From NCBI RefSeq assembly GCF_009914755.1, contig NC_060948.1: a stretch of 64,000 nt of DNA, one strand, 5' to 3'. The translations under genes and the position numbers were made by a program. Numbering within the stretch: the first letter of the stretch is position 1; the number at the start of each line of letters is the position of its first letter. This document shows, one piece after another, positions 12,628-25,124 of this stretch. The notes under the pieces are model-generated. The model searched no databases. It was not told where the DNA came from and saw nothing but the letters and a program-made list of their open reading frames with translations. This stretch comes from the human T2T-CHM13v2.0 reference genome, Homo sapiens.

Positions 12628-15600
12628 TTCCTGTCTTCTTATATTAATAAGAAAAACAAAACAAAATAGTGGTGAAGTGTTGAGGAGGCAAAAATTTTGG
12701 GGGGTGGTATGGACAGATAATATGCGATGTTACTCAGGGCTACTTTGAGTGGGATTAGTGGCAGCATGGGAACCTACAGTGGGAGAGCTTAAGCTGAAGG
12801 AAGATTTGTGGTAAGGGGTGATATTGTGGGGTGATTAAAAGGACCATTTGTCATATAGAATGATTGGTGATGGCCAGGATACAGTTTTGCATGAATTGAG
12901 AAACTAAATGGAAACAAGGTCCGAATAGGAGAAGGAGAAAAACAAGTATTAAAAGACTAAGAACTGGGAGACCCAGGACATTGAATTAGAGAGTGTACAA
13001 GGGGGTTCAGCATAATTACTTATTTGGTTGGTGAGTTTTTGGGCTCTATCCTTTAGTTTTTTATGTTGTCATATACCAGGCCAGATTGATTTAGGTAAAA
13101 ACAACACTCTTCATTTAAAAACATACAGAGTCCCCCCCCCAACTTTTTTTTTTTTTTTTAGCAGTGAGTAAGTCAAGGACTCAGTGATTTGAGGAAAGAG
13201 AAATGCAAAGCCAGCAAATGTTTGTTAAAGAAAGATTAGAAAAGGCTAGGATAGAGTGAGTGAGATTGTTAGTGTGATGGAGATAGCTGGGGAGAGGTAG
13301 AGGGTGGCATAAGAATATAAGAATCAGAACAAAAATAAGAGTGAGTATAAAAGTAAAGAATAGGACGTTATCAGGGTGAAAGTATTGGAGAGCGCCCTGT
13401 CAGCAAAAATCATCTATCCACTGTAAGAGGGAGTCAAGAGTAGTGGATTCGGGTTAGTACCAGGAGATGTCCACTACGATGGTTTGGAGGAAAAGTGTAA
13501 ACTGGCAGTGTAAACAAGGGCAAGGGCACTTATGAGTAGTTGAGAATGGTGAATAGGAGTATAACTAGACAGAAGATAGTAAGGACGACAAGTTTTTGAG
13601 GTGTAGTCCAAGTAGTGGGGGTGACTGGCTAAAGCCCTGTTGTAAAGAGTAGGGTAAGGAAGAAGATACCTAATAAAAATGAAAGGATGTATTAGGCTTA
13701 TAAGGGTTTCTATTATCATTGAGGAATGCAAGTGAGTTTAAGGGAAGTAGGGGTGAGTACTTGCCACTTTCAGAAGGAAGAGGAGAAATCAGACTGTCTG
13801 ATGGGCACAGGTTTACTCTGGAATGATGAACCGAATGGTGGGTGGTGGTCCTGCAGATGAACAGCCATTTGGATACTATAGATGACTAAATGGGCTCCAG
13901 TCCACTGAGGTTGTAGAGTCTGAGGGGTCCGATTTTTAACGAGAACTGACTGTCAAGTTAAAGTGTTTTCATATAGCTGGGAATCTGGGGTAGGCAAAAG
14001 AAGATTAGCAGCTCAGTGAATATCCTGTCTAGCTTGCTGGAGGACTGGAAGATAATCACCTAGAGGGCCGGTGTCTGGAATGAGACTGGGGCCTAATAAG
14101 GCCTAATACAGGAACTCAAATGGCTGTACCCTGTAGCATCCCGAGGACAGGCCCGAATTCTGAGAAGGGCAATTGGTAAAAGTACTGTCCAGTCCTTTCT
14201 AAGTTGGAGGCTAAGCTTGGTGAGGTGTGGCTTTAAAAAATCATTAGTTCTTTCTTCCTTTCCTGAGGATTGAGGGTGATAAGGAGCATGAAGTTATTAT
14301 TGAATGCCAGGAGCCTGGGAGACTGCCTGAGTGATGTGACTGATAAAGGCTGGTCTGTTATCAGACTATACAGAGGTGGGAAGGGAAAACTGAGGAATTA
14401 TGTCTGACAGAAGGAAAGAAATGACTGTGGTGGCCTTCTCAGACCCTGTGGGAAAGGCCTCTACCCATCCAGTGAAAGTGTCTACCCAGACCAAGAGGTA
14501 TTTTAGTTTCCTGACTCAGGGCATGTGAGTAAAGTTAATTTGCCAGTCCTGGGCAGGGGCAAATCCCCCCACTTGATGGGTAGGGAAAAGAGGGGGCCTG
14601 AACAATCCCTGAGGTGTGGTAGAATAGCAGATGGAACACTGAGAAGTGATTTCCTTGAGGATAGATTTCCATGATGGAAAGGAAATGAGAGGTTCTAAGA
14701 GTCAGGCTAGTGGCTTGTAACCTACATGTAAGAGGTTATGAAATGATGACAGAATAGAATGGGCCTGTGAGGCTGGAGATATTTTCCTTGGTTCAAGAAC
14801 CATTTGCCTTGTGTGGGAAGAGATTGATATATGGAAGATTTAGGGGGAGAGTAGGTGGGAGTAAGCAATGAGAAGGAGAAAAAGTGGCCATGATGAACAG
14901 AAGTTGGAATGCTAGCTGCTTGTTTAGCTACCTTATCAGCATAAGCATTTTCTTGAGCAGTGGGATCTGATGCCTTTTGATGGCCCTTGTAGTGAATGAC
15001 TTCAGCTTCCTTTGGAAGTAAAGTGGCTTTAACAAGAGTTTTTATTAAGGAGGTATTAATGATGGAGGACCTAGCATAGTGAAGAAACCTCTTTCAGCCC
15101 ATATACAGCATGGTGGTGCAGGATATTGAAGGCATATTTAGAGGCAGTATAAATATTGACACATAGTCACCTTGCAAGAGTGAGGGACTGAGTTAAGACA
15201 ATGAATTTGGCTTGCTGAGAGGTATGGAGCAGGGCAGAGTGGTAGTCTCAATGATAGATGTGGAAGATACTATAATGTAGCCTGCCTTTGCTGGTGAGTG
15301 GCAATTAGGCCTGGTGGAACAGCCATCAATAAACCAAGTGTGATCAGGGTGAGGAACAGGAAAGAAGGAAATACAGGGAAATGGAGTGAATGTCAGGTGG
15401 ATCAGGGAGATACAGTCATGGGGGTCAGGTGTGATATCCGGAGTAATGTGGAAGGCTGGATTGAAGCCTGGGCCAGGAACAATGGTAATTGTGGGAGACT
15501 CAACAAAGACTGAGTATAGCTGAAGGAGCTGGAGGGCAGAAAGTATATGTGTCAGGGGTGAAGAAGAAAATAGATTTTGGAAGTTATGAGAACTGTAGAG

Positions 15601-18454
15601 ATTGAGTTGAGCATAGTTTGTAATTTTTGATAGCCACTAAAAGAATTAAAGCAGTGGCATCCACCACACACAGACATGAGGGCTAGGCTAAAACAGTAAG
15701 GTCAAGTTGTTTGGACAGAAAAGCTACAGGGTGCAGTCCCGGCTCTTGTGAAAGAATTCCAACCACATATCCCTGTACTTTGGATGGGTGTAATGAAAAA
15801 GGTTGGGATGAGCTAAGGAGAGCTAGTGTGGGAACAGCTTTTAGGGCTGTTTGTTAAGGAATGGAAAGGGGAGTGGGGAAAGTATTTAGGATTTATTGGG
15901 TCAGCTAGGTCTATCTAGAATAGAATAATGGGTTGTGGAGGGAGGTCTCATTGAGGATAGGAGAGTATATGGGTTTGGCACTACGAGGTGGATAGGCAAG
16001 ACAATTTTGTTGATAAGGTGCAGCTCCTGAACTAACCTGTAAGACTAGTCTGGTGTTTGGACAGGTAAAATGGGGGAATTGTAAGGAGAGTTTGCAGGCT
16101 TTAAAAGGCCATTCTGTGACAGGTGAGTGATAACAGGCTTTAATCCTTTGAAAGCATGCTGTGGGATGGGATATTGGCATTGAGCAAGGTAAGGCTGATT
16201 AGGTTTTAATGAGATGGTAAGGGGTGCATCATCCATTGCCAAGGAGGGAATAGATGTGTCCTATGCTTGTGGATAAAGGTAGGGAGATACAAGGAGAGGA
16301 TGTGAAGGCAGCTTTAAACTGGAGGAAAAGGTGGCAATGAGGTGTGGCTGTAGTCCAGGAATAGTCAGGGAAACAGATAATTTAGTTAAAATGTATCAAG
16401 CTAATATGGGAGCTAGGCAGGTGGGGATAACTAAAAAGGAATGCAGGAAAGAATGTATTCCAAGTTGGCACCAGAGTTGGACAGTTTTAAGAGGTTTAGA
16501 AGCCTGGCCATCAATACCCACAACAGTTATGGAAGCAAGGGAAACATGCCCTTGAAAAGAAGGTAATATGAAGTGTGTAGCTTCCATATTGATTAAGAAG
16601 GGGACGGACTTACCCTCCACTGCAAGAGTTACTCAAAACATCTGCGATTGTCCTGTAGGCTTCTGAGGTGATCAGGCAGCATCAGTCTTCAGCCGTTAAG
16701 CTGAGAAGATCTGGAAAGGAGTCAGTCAGAGAGCCTTAGGCCAGAGTTCCAGGGGCTCTGGGAGTGACTGCCGGGTGAGCTGGACAGTCTGATTTCCAGT
16801 GGGGTCCTGCACAATTGGGAGACAGCTTAGGAGGAATCCTGGGCTGTGGGCATTCCTTGGCCCAGTGGCCAGATTCCCAACACTTGAAGTAAGATCCTGG
16901 GGGAGGGAGTCCTGGAGGAATGCCTGGCCCCTGCGGTTTAGGTGTATTGGAGTTCTTGTGTGCTGGAGATGTGGCTGGGGTTTCTCTCACAGAGGAGGCA
17001 AGTAATTGCAACTATTCTCTATTATTGTACACCTTGAAAGTGAGGTCAATTAAGCCCTGTTGTGGGGTTGAGGGCCAGAATCTAAATTTTAGAGCTTCTC
17101 TAATGTCAGGAGCCAATTGGGTAATAAAATGCATATTGAGAATAAGATGTCCTTCTGGCCCCTCTGGGTTTAGGACAGTAAAGCAGCTAAGGGTTGTTGC
17201 CAAACAGGCCATGAACTGGGCTGGGTTTTTATATTTGATGAAAAAGATCTTAAATGCTAACTGATTTGGGAGAGGTTCGATAAAGAAAAAAGGAGCATTA
17301 ACCTTGACTATGCCTTTAGCTCCAGCCACCTCTTTAAGAGGAAATTATTGGCCAGATATTGGAGGGCTAGTTGTGGAACAAAAGTGTAAGCTGGACCAGG
17401 TGTGAGGAGGGGAGGAAATAGAAGGGTTATAAGGTGGGGGAGTGGAGGCTGAGGAAGAGTTGGAACCTGACTTAGCCTGGGGAGTTGGGGAGAGGTCAGA
17501 TGAGTCCATAGAAAAGGAGGATTCAAAGGATTCAGAGCTTGGGATGGACACTGAAGGAACAGACAGGAGAGAAAGAAGAAAGATTTGGGATTAGTCACAT
17601 TAGGAGCAGAGACTAGGGAGGGACCAATGTGTAAAAGAATTCTTGGACATCAGGCACATCAGACCATTTGCCCATTTTTTGACAAAAATTATCTAGATCT
17701 TATAGGATAGACAAATTGAAAGTGCCATTCTCTGGCCACTTGGAACTACTGTCGAGTTTGTATTGGTGCCACACGGTATTGCAGAAGAAAATAAGGCACT
17801 TAAGTTTTAGGTCAGGTGTGAGTTGAAGAAGTTTTAAGTTATTGAGAACACAGGCTAAGGGAGAAGAAGGGGGAATGGAGGGTAGAAGATTGCCCATAGC
17901 GAAGGAGGTAAGTTTAAAGATAAAGGAAGAAACATGGAGAAGGGGGTGAGCAGCCCTGGGCTGCAATGTGGGTGAGCAGCCAAAGCAGGTGTCCCTGCAA
18001 TTGACTTGCCACCAAGGGAATGTGAGTGAATGACCAAGGCAGGCATCCCTGTGGTCATCAGACACCAATGAAATGTGGGTGAATAATCAGACAGGCATCC
18101 CCGCAGTGATTAAACACCAAGGGAACACTTTCTTCCTGAGTCCGTGACTGGCACCACAGTTTTGGGTTCACAGGTAAAATGTGTCTCCTTGTCTCTACTA
18201 GAGAGGAAAAAGAATTAGAATTGGAAGTATAGAGAGATTGAAGAGTAGTGAGCAAGGGAGATTGAAGAGTAGTGAGAGAGGAAGATTGAAGGGTAGCAAG
18301 AGAGACTGGAGAAGAGTGAAAAGACCACTTATCCAATTTAAAATTGATGAGATATTTCTTGGGCTGGTTGGTCTGAGGACCCGAGGTCGTAGGTGGATCT
18401 TCTTAGGGAGTGAGGGCAAGGACAGGTAACTGGTCTCCTGAAGGAGTCCTCCTG

Positions 18455-18472
18455 TCCTGCGTTTCAGCACCA
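18455..18472 (-). promoter_or_regulatory. Primer binding site, tRNA-Phe-like
   Basis: TGGTGCTGAAACGCAGGA just inside the 5' LTR. It has 3 mismatches to the Phe PBS TGGTGCCGAAACCCGGGA and matches the His PBS TGGTGCCGTGACTCGGAT poorly. Confidence 0.75.
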
Positions 18473-18474
18473 CA

Positions 18475-18859
18475 TGTCATGCATGTCCGTGTGAAGAGAG
18501 TCCACCAACAGGCTTTGTGTGAGCAACAAGGCTGTTTATTTCACCTGGGTGCAGGCTGAGTCTGAAAAAGGAGTCAGCTGAGGGTTGTGGGATTATCATT
18601 AGTTCTTATAGGTTTGGGATAGGTGTACAAAGTACCTTCTTAAGGGCGGGGGAGAATATTACAAAGTACCTCCTCAAGGGAGAGGGAGAATATATCATAT
18701 CAGTTAGGGTGGGGCAGCAACAAATCACAATGGTGGAATGTCATCAGTTAAGGCTATTTTCACTTCTTTTGTGGATCTTCAGTTGCTTCAGGCCATCTGG
18801 ATGTATACTTGCAGGTCACAGGTGATATGATGACTTAGCTTGGGCTCAGAGATCTGACA
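18475..18859 (-). repeat. 5' LTR7-type LTR (385 bp)
   Basis: Homologous to 12273-12627 with one extra ~30-bp internal repeat unit. Confidence 0.93.
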
Positions 18860-19126
18860 CTTATGAGGTAGTAAACATAACAAGAACGTAGAGAAAAAGG
18901 CAAAAAGTCTTTCCTTTTAGAATTTTAAAAATCCCTTCCGGAACCCTTTTCCCAATATCTTTCATTCATTGATTCATTCAAGAAATATTTATTGAGCTAG
19001 CATGGTCTAAGATTTTGTAAAATGGCATGATAGTCATGGTTGGTACTTCTATCATTGACAGAAAGAATGTTTCTTTTCTCCTACAATGTTTTTCTCTGAA
19101 ACATTCTTCTTGCAAATTCATATTCT

Positions 19127-19432
19127 TTATTTTTTATTTTTATTTTATTTTTTTTGAGACAGAGTCTGGATCAGTTGGACAGGCTGGAGCACAGTGGCCT
19201 GATCTTGGCTCACGACAAGCTCCACCTCCTGGGTTCATGCCATTCTCCTGCTTCAGCCTGCTGAGTAGCAGGGACTACAGGCACCCATCACCATGGCCAG
19301 CTAATTTTTCTGTATTTTCAGTTGAGATGTGTTTCACCATGTTAGCCACGGTGGTCTCAATCTGACCTCATGACCCACCCGCCTCAGCCTCCCAAAGTGC
19401 TGGGATTACAGGCATGAACAACCGTGCCTGGC
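19127..19432 (-). mobile_element. Alu (AluY-like)
   Basis: Diagnostic CAAGCTCCACCTCCTGGGTTCATGCCATTCTCC and GGGACTACAGG. 16-bp TSD TGCAAATTCATATTCT (19111-19126) / TGCAAATTCGTATTCT (19433-19448). Confidence 0.93.
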
Positions 19433-19758
19433 TGCAAATTCGTATTCTTACAGATCCAATTGATTGTTCCTGCACTAAGAAGGTTCCCCAAACACGTCTA
19501 AACCCAGTTAAGAACTCCCTTTGTCTCCAACTAAGTTACTTAATTTTATATATTGTAACACTTGTTACAGTACATTGCAATTATTGTTCTTCTCTTCATT
19601 CTCCAATTAAGCTGTGAATATTTAGAAGGAAAAGGCTTTAGAGACAATGGATTGACATTTGTCAGTATTTATTTTACAAAAGATTATTAGATATTTATAC
19701 ATAATATTCTAACATATTTATCCTGATTTTTGGAAAACAATATAAATAATTTTCTCTG

Positions 19759-20341
19759 TGTGGGAAAGAGAGTTTCTGGGATGCCAGATGAGTTGGTCTA
19801 CCCTGTGTGAGACACCCACGGGAGCCATGGGGGGGCTCTGATGAAAAAAGTCTCCTTATTTCCTTTATGTTCTTATGCCTTGAGAGCATAACAGCTCAGT
19901 GGCATGCCACAGGTTGCTCAGGGAGATAACACTCCCTTGAAGCAGTGGAGTATAATCAAACATCTTGGCTCCTCCTGAAACCACCTCCTACCCATTTCAG
20001 TCCCAGTAAGTGAAAGATCTTAAGTAGTTTAGACACATGACTTTGCTCAAGGAAATTCACAGAAAGCGCCCCTGCTATACATCTTATTGAATGACTCATG
20101 ACTTCTCCTTCACTGATTAATCCTTTTCCTCGTCCCTTCCTCCCCTCCCATCTGCTCTAAGAACAAGAGCTTGTAAATCAATAAATTGGATGGAGGCTGG
20201 GAGCTCAGGCCATGAGCAAGCCTCCAATGCTCTGGTCCCCTAGACCCACCTTTTAAACTCTTATTCTGTCTCTTTCGAATTCCTTTGTCTCCACTGGACT
20301 CAGGGTACCTGCTGGGTGGTGTGGGACTGGTTTTCCCAACA
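19759..20341 (+). mobile_element. Solo LTR14C-type LTR (HERV-K14C)
   Basis: TGTGGGAAAGAGAGTTTCTGGG...AATAAA...TTTCCCAACA; perfect 6-bp TSD TCTCTG (19753-19758, 20342-20347), as expected for betaretrovirus-like ERVs. Confidence 0.85.
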
Positions 20342-20459
20342 TCTCTGCCCATTCCCCATGAACTGCTCAACTTTAAACAATGTCTATGCTTTTGGAGCAA
20401 TTATACAAACTTCCAAAAAACACCTGAAAGTGTTTTTATTTTGTTTTGTTTCATCATAT

Positions 20460-20712
20460 TATTTTCTAGAAACAAATTCTTGCCCCATGGCCCAGGCTGA
20501 AGTACAGTGTGCCATTACTCCTCATTGCAACCTTGAACTCCCGAGTAAGTAGAACAACAGATGAGTGCCATCATACCCTATTTAATCAATTAATTACTTT
20601 TGTAGAGTTAGGTCTTGTTAGATTGCCTATGCTGGTCTCCAACTCTGGGCTTGAAATGTCCTCCCTTCTCAGCCTCCAAAAAAGCTGGGATTCCAGGCAT
20701 CAAAACTGGACT
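20460..20712 (-). mobile_element. Old degenerate Alu (AluJ-like)
   Basis: GCCCAGGCTGAAGTACAGTG...GCTGGTCTCCAACTCTGGGCTTGAA...CTCAGCCTCCAAAAAAGCTGGGATT. Confidence 0.7.
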
Positions 20713-23619
20713 TTAATAGGAAATTTTAGATTTTAGAATATTGCAATACATTAGATTTAATTTATTTTTCAAATTTGCTGTTGCACTGCACTTGAGAATA
20801 ATTATTTCTCATATCTAGTCATCTACTTTTGAAATCTTTATTCTATTTACTTGAATCCTAATAACTGGTAGTCAGCTCAGCTGAAAACTGAGTACATGGG
20901 TGTTTTTGTGTTGAGGTTATGAACACAAATGTGGAGAGATATCAAGGACAAAAGACATTTATTTTGTATATAAACACTTCTCTTTTTATTATGGCCATGT
21001 ATTTGAAGAATTATGATAGGCATCTGATAAAAGAAGGATTGTGTATTGCTTAGTATATCCCAGGTGTTATCTATGGAAATCTATATTTCTTGAGTCATAT
21101 TATCCCATAGTACTGTATTGTGAGCTAAGTAGTTACCTTCTCACTTTACTGATAAACTGAAAGTTATCTAAGCATTCATAGTTCATAGGAAGATTAAAAT
21201 AAGTTAATAGAAATAGCAACTATACAAAAGAGTAAGAACTCACTTTTTTCTTGCAAATAGTGAAACATTTCTTTGTTTTAAATAAAAGAAGTACTGGGGT
21301 GGATGAAAATGGTAATATTTTACACTATTTAAATTGCAACCTAGAGGCACAAATAGGCACTTAGGCACACAACTGGGATGCCATATTGCCAGTATTGTTT
21401 ACATTTCTTTGCTTTGAAACATTTATTCTAAAACTTTATCCTTGCAGGTGAGGCATCATATATGGTATGGGTAGTTTTTAAAAATACCCTGAAATATGTA
21501 CTTTAGTAACCAGTTTTCCAAATTTGTTTTAATCAGTAGTTAACGAGGTATTGCACTCCTAGTAAGTACATGAATGTTCGAATTGCTGTGAGTTATTTTA
21601 GTAATTGCTTAGTTAACCATTTAAGTTATCAAAGATCTTTACTTGTGCAATATCATATAAATGTGGGAAATCAAAAATTAATAACAGGATTTATGTAACT
21701 AAAAGGTGCCACCTAAAGTGATATTTTTCAGTAAGATGACCATGGTAATTATGCCAAAAAATAGTCATTCCCACACTCTGACCCATTATAGCAATTTCCA
21801 TCTAAGGATTTTACAGTCAGATTCCAGTTCTGGGCAACAGTGATTAACATAATGGTTATTAATGAGAAGAGATTTTGAGACATCCAGGCTTGTTTAGATA
21901 TCAGTGCCTTGAAGGGATAGGTTTGGCATATTAATAAGAAAGATTGCATTGGACTGGACACTAAGAAATGTATTGAATTGTTTTTTTTTTGTCCTCTATA
22001 ACATGAAAGGTCAATTAGACATATAGAAACAATGGAACATTTCACAGCATGGCCTGACATTTCACTGCACTTTTATCCTTTTAACCATGTAAAAAGTCTA
22101 TTAAATATGCAAAGGTAGGACTGCTATAGGAAGAAAGAGGAGGAGTTAGAGGTCACAATCCACAGCAAGGTGACAGTCTGTTGTGGATCACACCCTGAGA
22201 GCTAATTAGAGTGAAAATGAACTTTCAGGTTGCCAACAGGGAACAAGGAAAATGAAGCTATCAGCAGTTAACATTATTGGATTAATTGAAATGAATGTTG
22301 ACAGAGATTTTGTTGTTCTCCATCAAATTGAGTATAAAATAATGTGACCGCTTATCAAATTTCACACATATAAAATTGTGGATTAAAATGTTACATAACC
22401 CATACATTATAAGTATATCATATAAATGTATACGTACATGTGCAAACTCACAGTGTGCAAATATGTGTCTATATCTAAATATATACAAATCCATTGACCA
22501 ACAGTTAGCAAGTTAGAAATTATTCTCCCATTTTACCATTCCCTTTCCTAGAGTTTTGTCACAAATATAATTTTTCCACCTGTTTGAATCCTACTTTATG
22601 GAGGTATGTACAGTAAAGCCATGAGATATCGCAGTGTTTGTATCATAGAAAACAATAACACTGGTATTATAAGAGACCCATTGTGAGGAGAAAGTTATAC
22701 CTCACATTACTACAAATACAGAAGTATGATTTCATCAAAAGCTGAAATCAGACAATATAATTTGTTTTTAATGTTTTATTTAAAATACTTCATTTCAAAA
22801 GGATTACTCAAGTAGAAGAGTGGCATTGGTAATAAATAATGATGAAGAATTCCCTTTAATTTGTTGATTATTTAAAATGTAAGTAAAATACTGAAAAGTA
22901 CTGTACGATGTAGTTTCATGAAGCATTCTTTACGGTTTTTGTAAAATTAATACTCTCAATGGAATATTTTAAGACTGAGAAAGTTCCATATATCATTGTA
23001 CTATACTTTCACTTTATTACTTGCTTACAGGTCATAATTGATGGAAATAAAAATATTTATATTTACACATATACAGAACATGGATTTTTATGTTTTCTAG
23101 TGAGATAAAGTTACCAATAATTTTATTTATATAGGAAAAATTTTACAAGCCCAAAGTTCATAACTTTCTTTTCTTTTGAAGTTTCATATTTCAGTCTAGG
23201 TATGAGATAGAATTGACTGTGATCATTCTTTGATTTCACTATGAATACTGAGTTTCTGATACAGTGTTAGGAATGTATAGACTTTAAAGCTTGCTTTCTT
23301 CTTCTTCTTCAACTCCCTTTGGACCTGTATATGTGATTTCTCCAGTAACCTGCATCGTTATCTGACATGTGGTTGCTGAAACATATAAGCATAAATAGAA
23401 TTCTTAGTTTCAGTGAATCATTAGGAACAGACAAGTAAAACAGAAAGATTATTATGAATGTAAGTAAGCAGTTTATCAAAGAGGTACAACAAGTGTGAAA
23501 ATAAATGTAAAAATATGTGCCCCATCCAAAACATGAGACAGTAAAAATGAAAAATTTAATTTGACATAAAGAACAATTTAAAAGTTATGATTATTTCTGG
23601 TGAGAGTAAGAAGCTCAGA

Positions 23620-25030
23620 AACCATGAAGAAGTCCAGCAAAGCTACATGATAGACTTGCAGGTCAGGATGGGGAGCATGGGAGAGGGTCCCAAGGTCCTG
23701 GTCAGGTTGAGGTCATCCTGGGGCATGGGGGTGTCTCAGTGGGAGAGCTGGAAAGGGGAAACGCATGCTTCACCCCAGCTAGCAGGCCACCTCAGCCCAC
23801 CTAGATGAAATTGTCCCTTGACCATCCTCTTTCTCCTTCTTGGACAGGCAGGTGGAGGAACTCAGCCATCCTGACTACCAGCAGCAGGATGAAGTTTGCC
23901 TTTCCTCACAACATTTACTTCCACAATGAAGTGATCATTAAGGAGTATTGTGTTGGCATCCTCAATAAAGAGTGCCTCCCAGCATGGTAGAGGGGGTGGC
24001 CTGTGGGAAGCTAGGCCTGGCATGAGCCTTCCTGACTCCTCTCCCTCCAGGATACAGGGCGACTGGCTCCACTGCAGTCCAGTGGTTCTAGGGTCATGCA
24101 GGTGAAGGTCCCAGTTTTAGGCAGGGCACCACCTAACTGAGCTTCTTCAGTTGGTTGACTGACGGTGGGTATTGCCCAGGCTATGGCAGGATTGCTGAGG
24201 TGGGGTGACTGTGATGTGTCATGTAAAAGGGTCTTGCAGATTGTTCCTTGACATTGGAGGAACTGGCTTTGAACCAGAACCTGACCTGTCATGACCACTT
24301 TGCCCAGTCCCCCAGATCATCAGCCAGGGCCTGTGGCTCCATCTCCTGCAGCACTAACCGAGGGAGTTAGGCCCTCAGAGAGGGAAGAGAGAGGAGGCTG
24401 GGGAGCACCCCAGGGCTGGGGGCTGAGAGGCCTGTGGGTCCTGGAGCTAGGCCAAGGCTCAGGGAGGAGACTGCAGTAAGAAAACTCAGGCCATCATGGG
24501 CTGGTGGAGAAAGACCCAGCAGGGAACTGTAGTACTCACATTTCAGGACTGGGGAACCTTAAGCTGCTTAAGAGGCATAAGTAGCTGAGGTCAATGTGTA
24601 AGAAGTCAGGCTCAAGAGATAGCTGCCTCATCATTCCTTGCTACCTCCCTTCCCTGCCCTGAGGCCTGCTTTCACCGGGGGCTCAGTTTGGACTCAACCA
24701 GGGTGCTCTCACCCTCCAGGCAGATTCCCTCCTGAGGCCCATCTAGGTCTACATCCTCTCAGAATGGCTCTCTCAGGCCTGTCAAGTTCTGTTTCAATGA
24801 CCCCAGGCTTCCCTGACATGCTTTTTCCCCTCTGCCATCTTCATTCACCCAGCCTCTGCCCACCCCCAGAAAAGACAGGCCACCACACAGGGAATCTGGA
24901 GGACCACAGCGGGCTCACAGGGGAGAAAATGTGAAAAGACAGCAAAACAGAAGGGGACCTTCTGTGTGTGTCCAGGAAGGCAATCTGGCTGGACATTAAG
25001 GCCCACCTCACTATTGGTGAAGACACCCAG
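23620..25030 (+). pseudogene. TSPY: Diverged TSPY-like paralogue, copy B (end of exon 2 to exon 5 plus 3' flank), homologous to ~2730-4150
   Basis: AGCTACATGATAGACTTGCAG|GT (ends 23661). Exon 3 encodes MKFAFPHNIYFHNEVIIKEYCVG. Exon 4 (24051-24199) has an in-frame TAG. Exon 5 from 24316 reads IISQGLWLHLLQH*. Introns and flank align with copy A. Confidence 0.87.
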
Positions 25031-25124
25031 TGTCTCTTGTCCCTGAGCATGTGCACACAAACACACACATTGTCTAAATGGCATTGACATAAATACTACC
25101 TCAGTGATCTACAAAATCTACACA

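Larger units (their letters stand above)
12273..18859 (-). mobile_element. HERV-H-type provirus (LTR7 family), degenerate gag-pro-pol, env largely deleted
   Basis: 5' LTR 18475-18859 and 3' LTR 12273-12627. Perfect 5-bp TSD CTTAT (12268-12272, 18860-18864). Polypurine tract next to the 3' LTR. Gag motifs (LIFFCNTVWHQYKLD, HFITQLAPDIR, knuckle FKCWESGHWAKEC), protease remnant FLINMEATH and RT start QYPIPQHAFKGLKPVI...SPYNSPILPV, all broken by stops and frameshifts. Confidence 0.95.

Noticed and set aside
16045-18068. HERV gag/pro/pol ORFs as coding
   Set aside because: Fragmented by stops and frameshifts; the protease catalytic motif and zinc-knuckle cysteines are altered.
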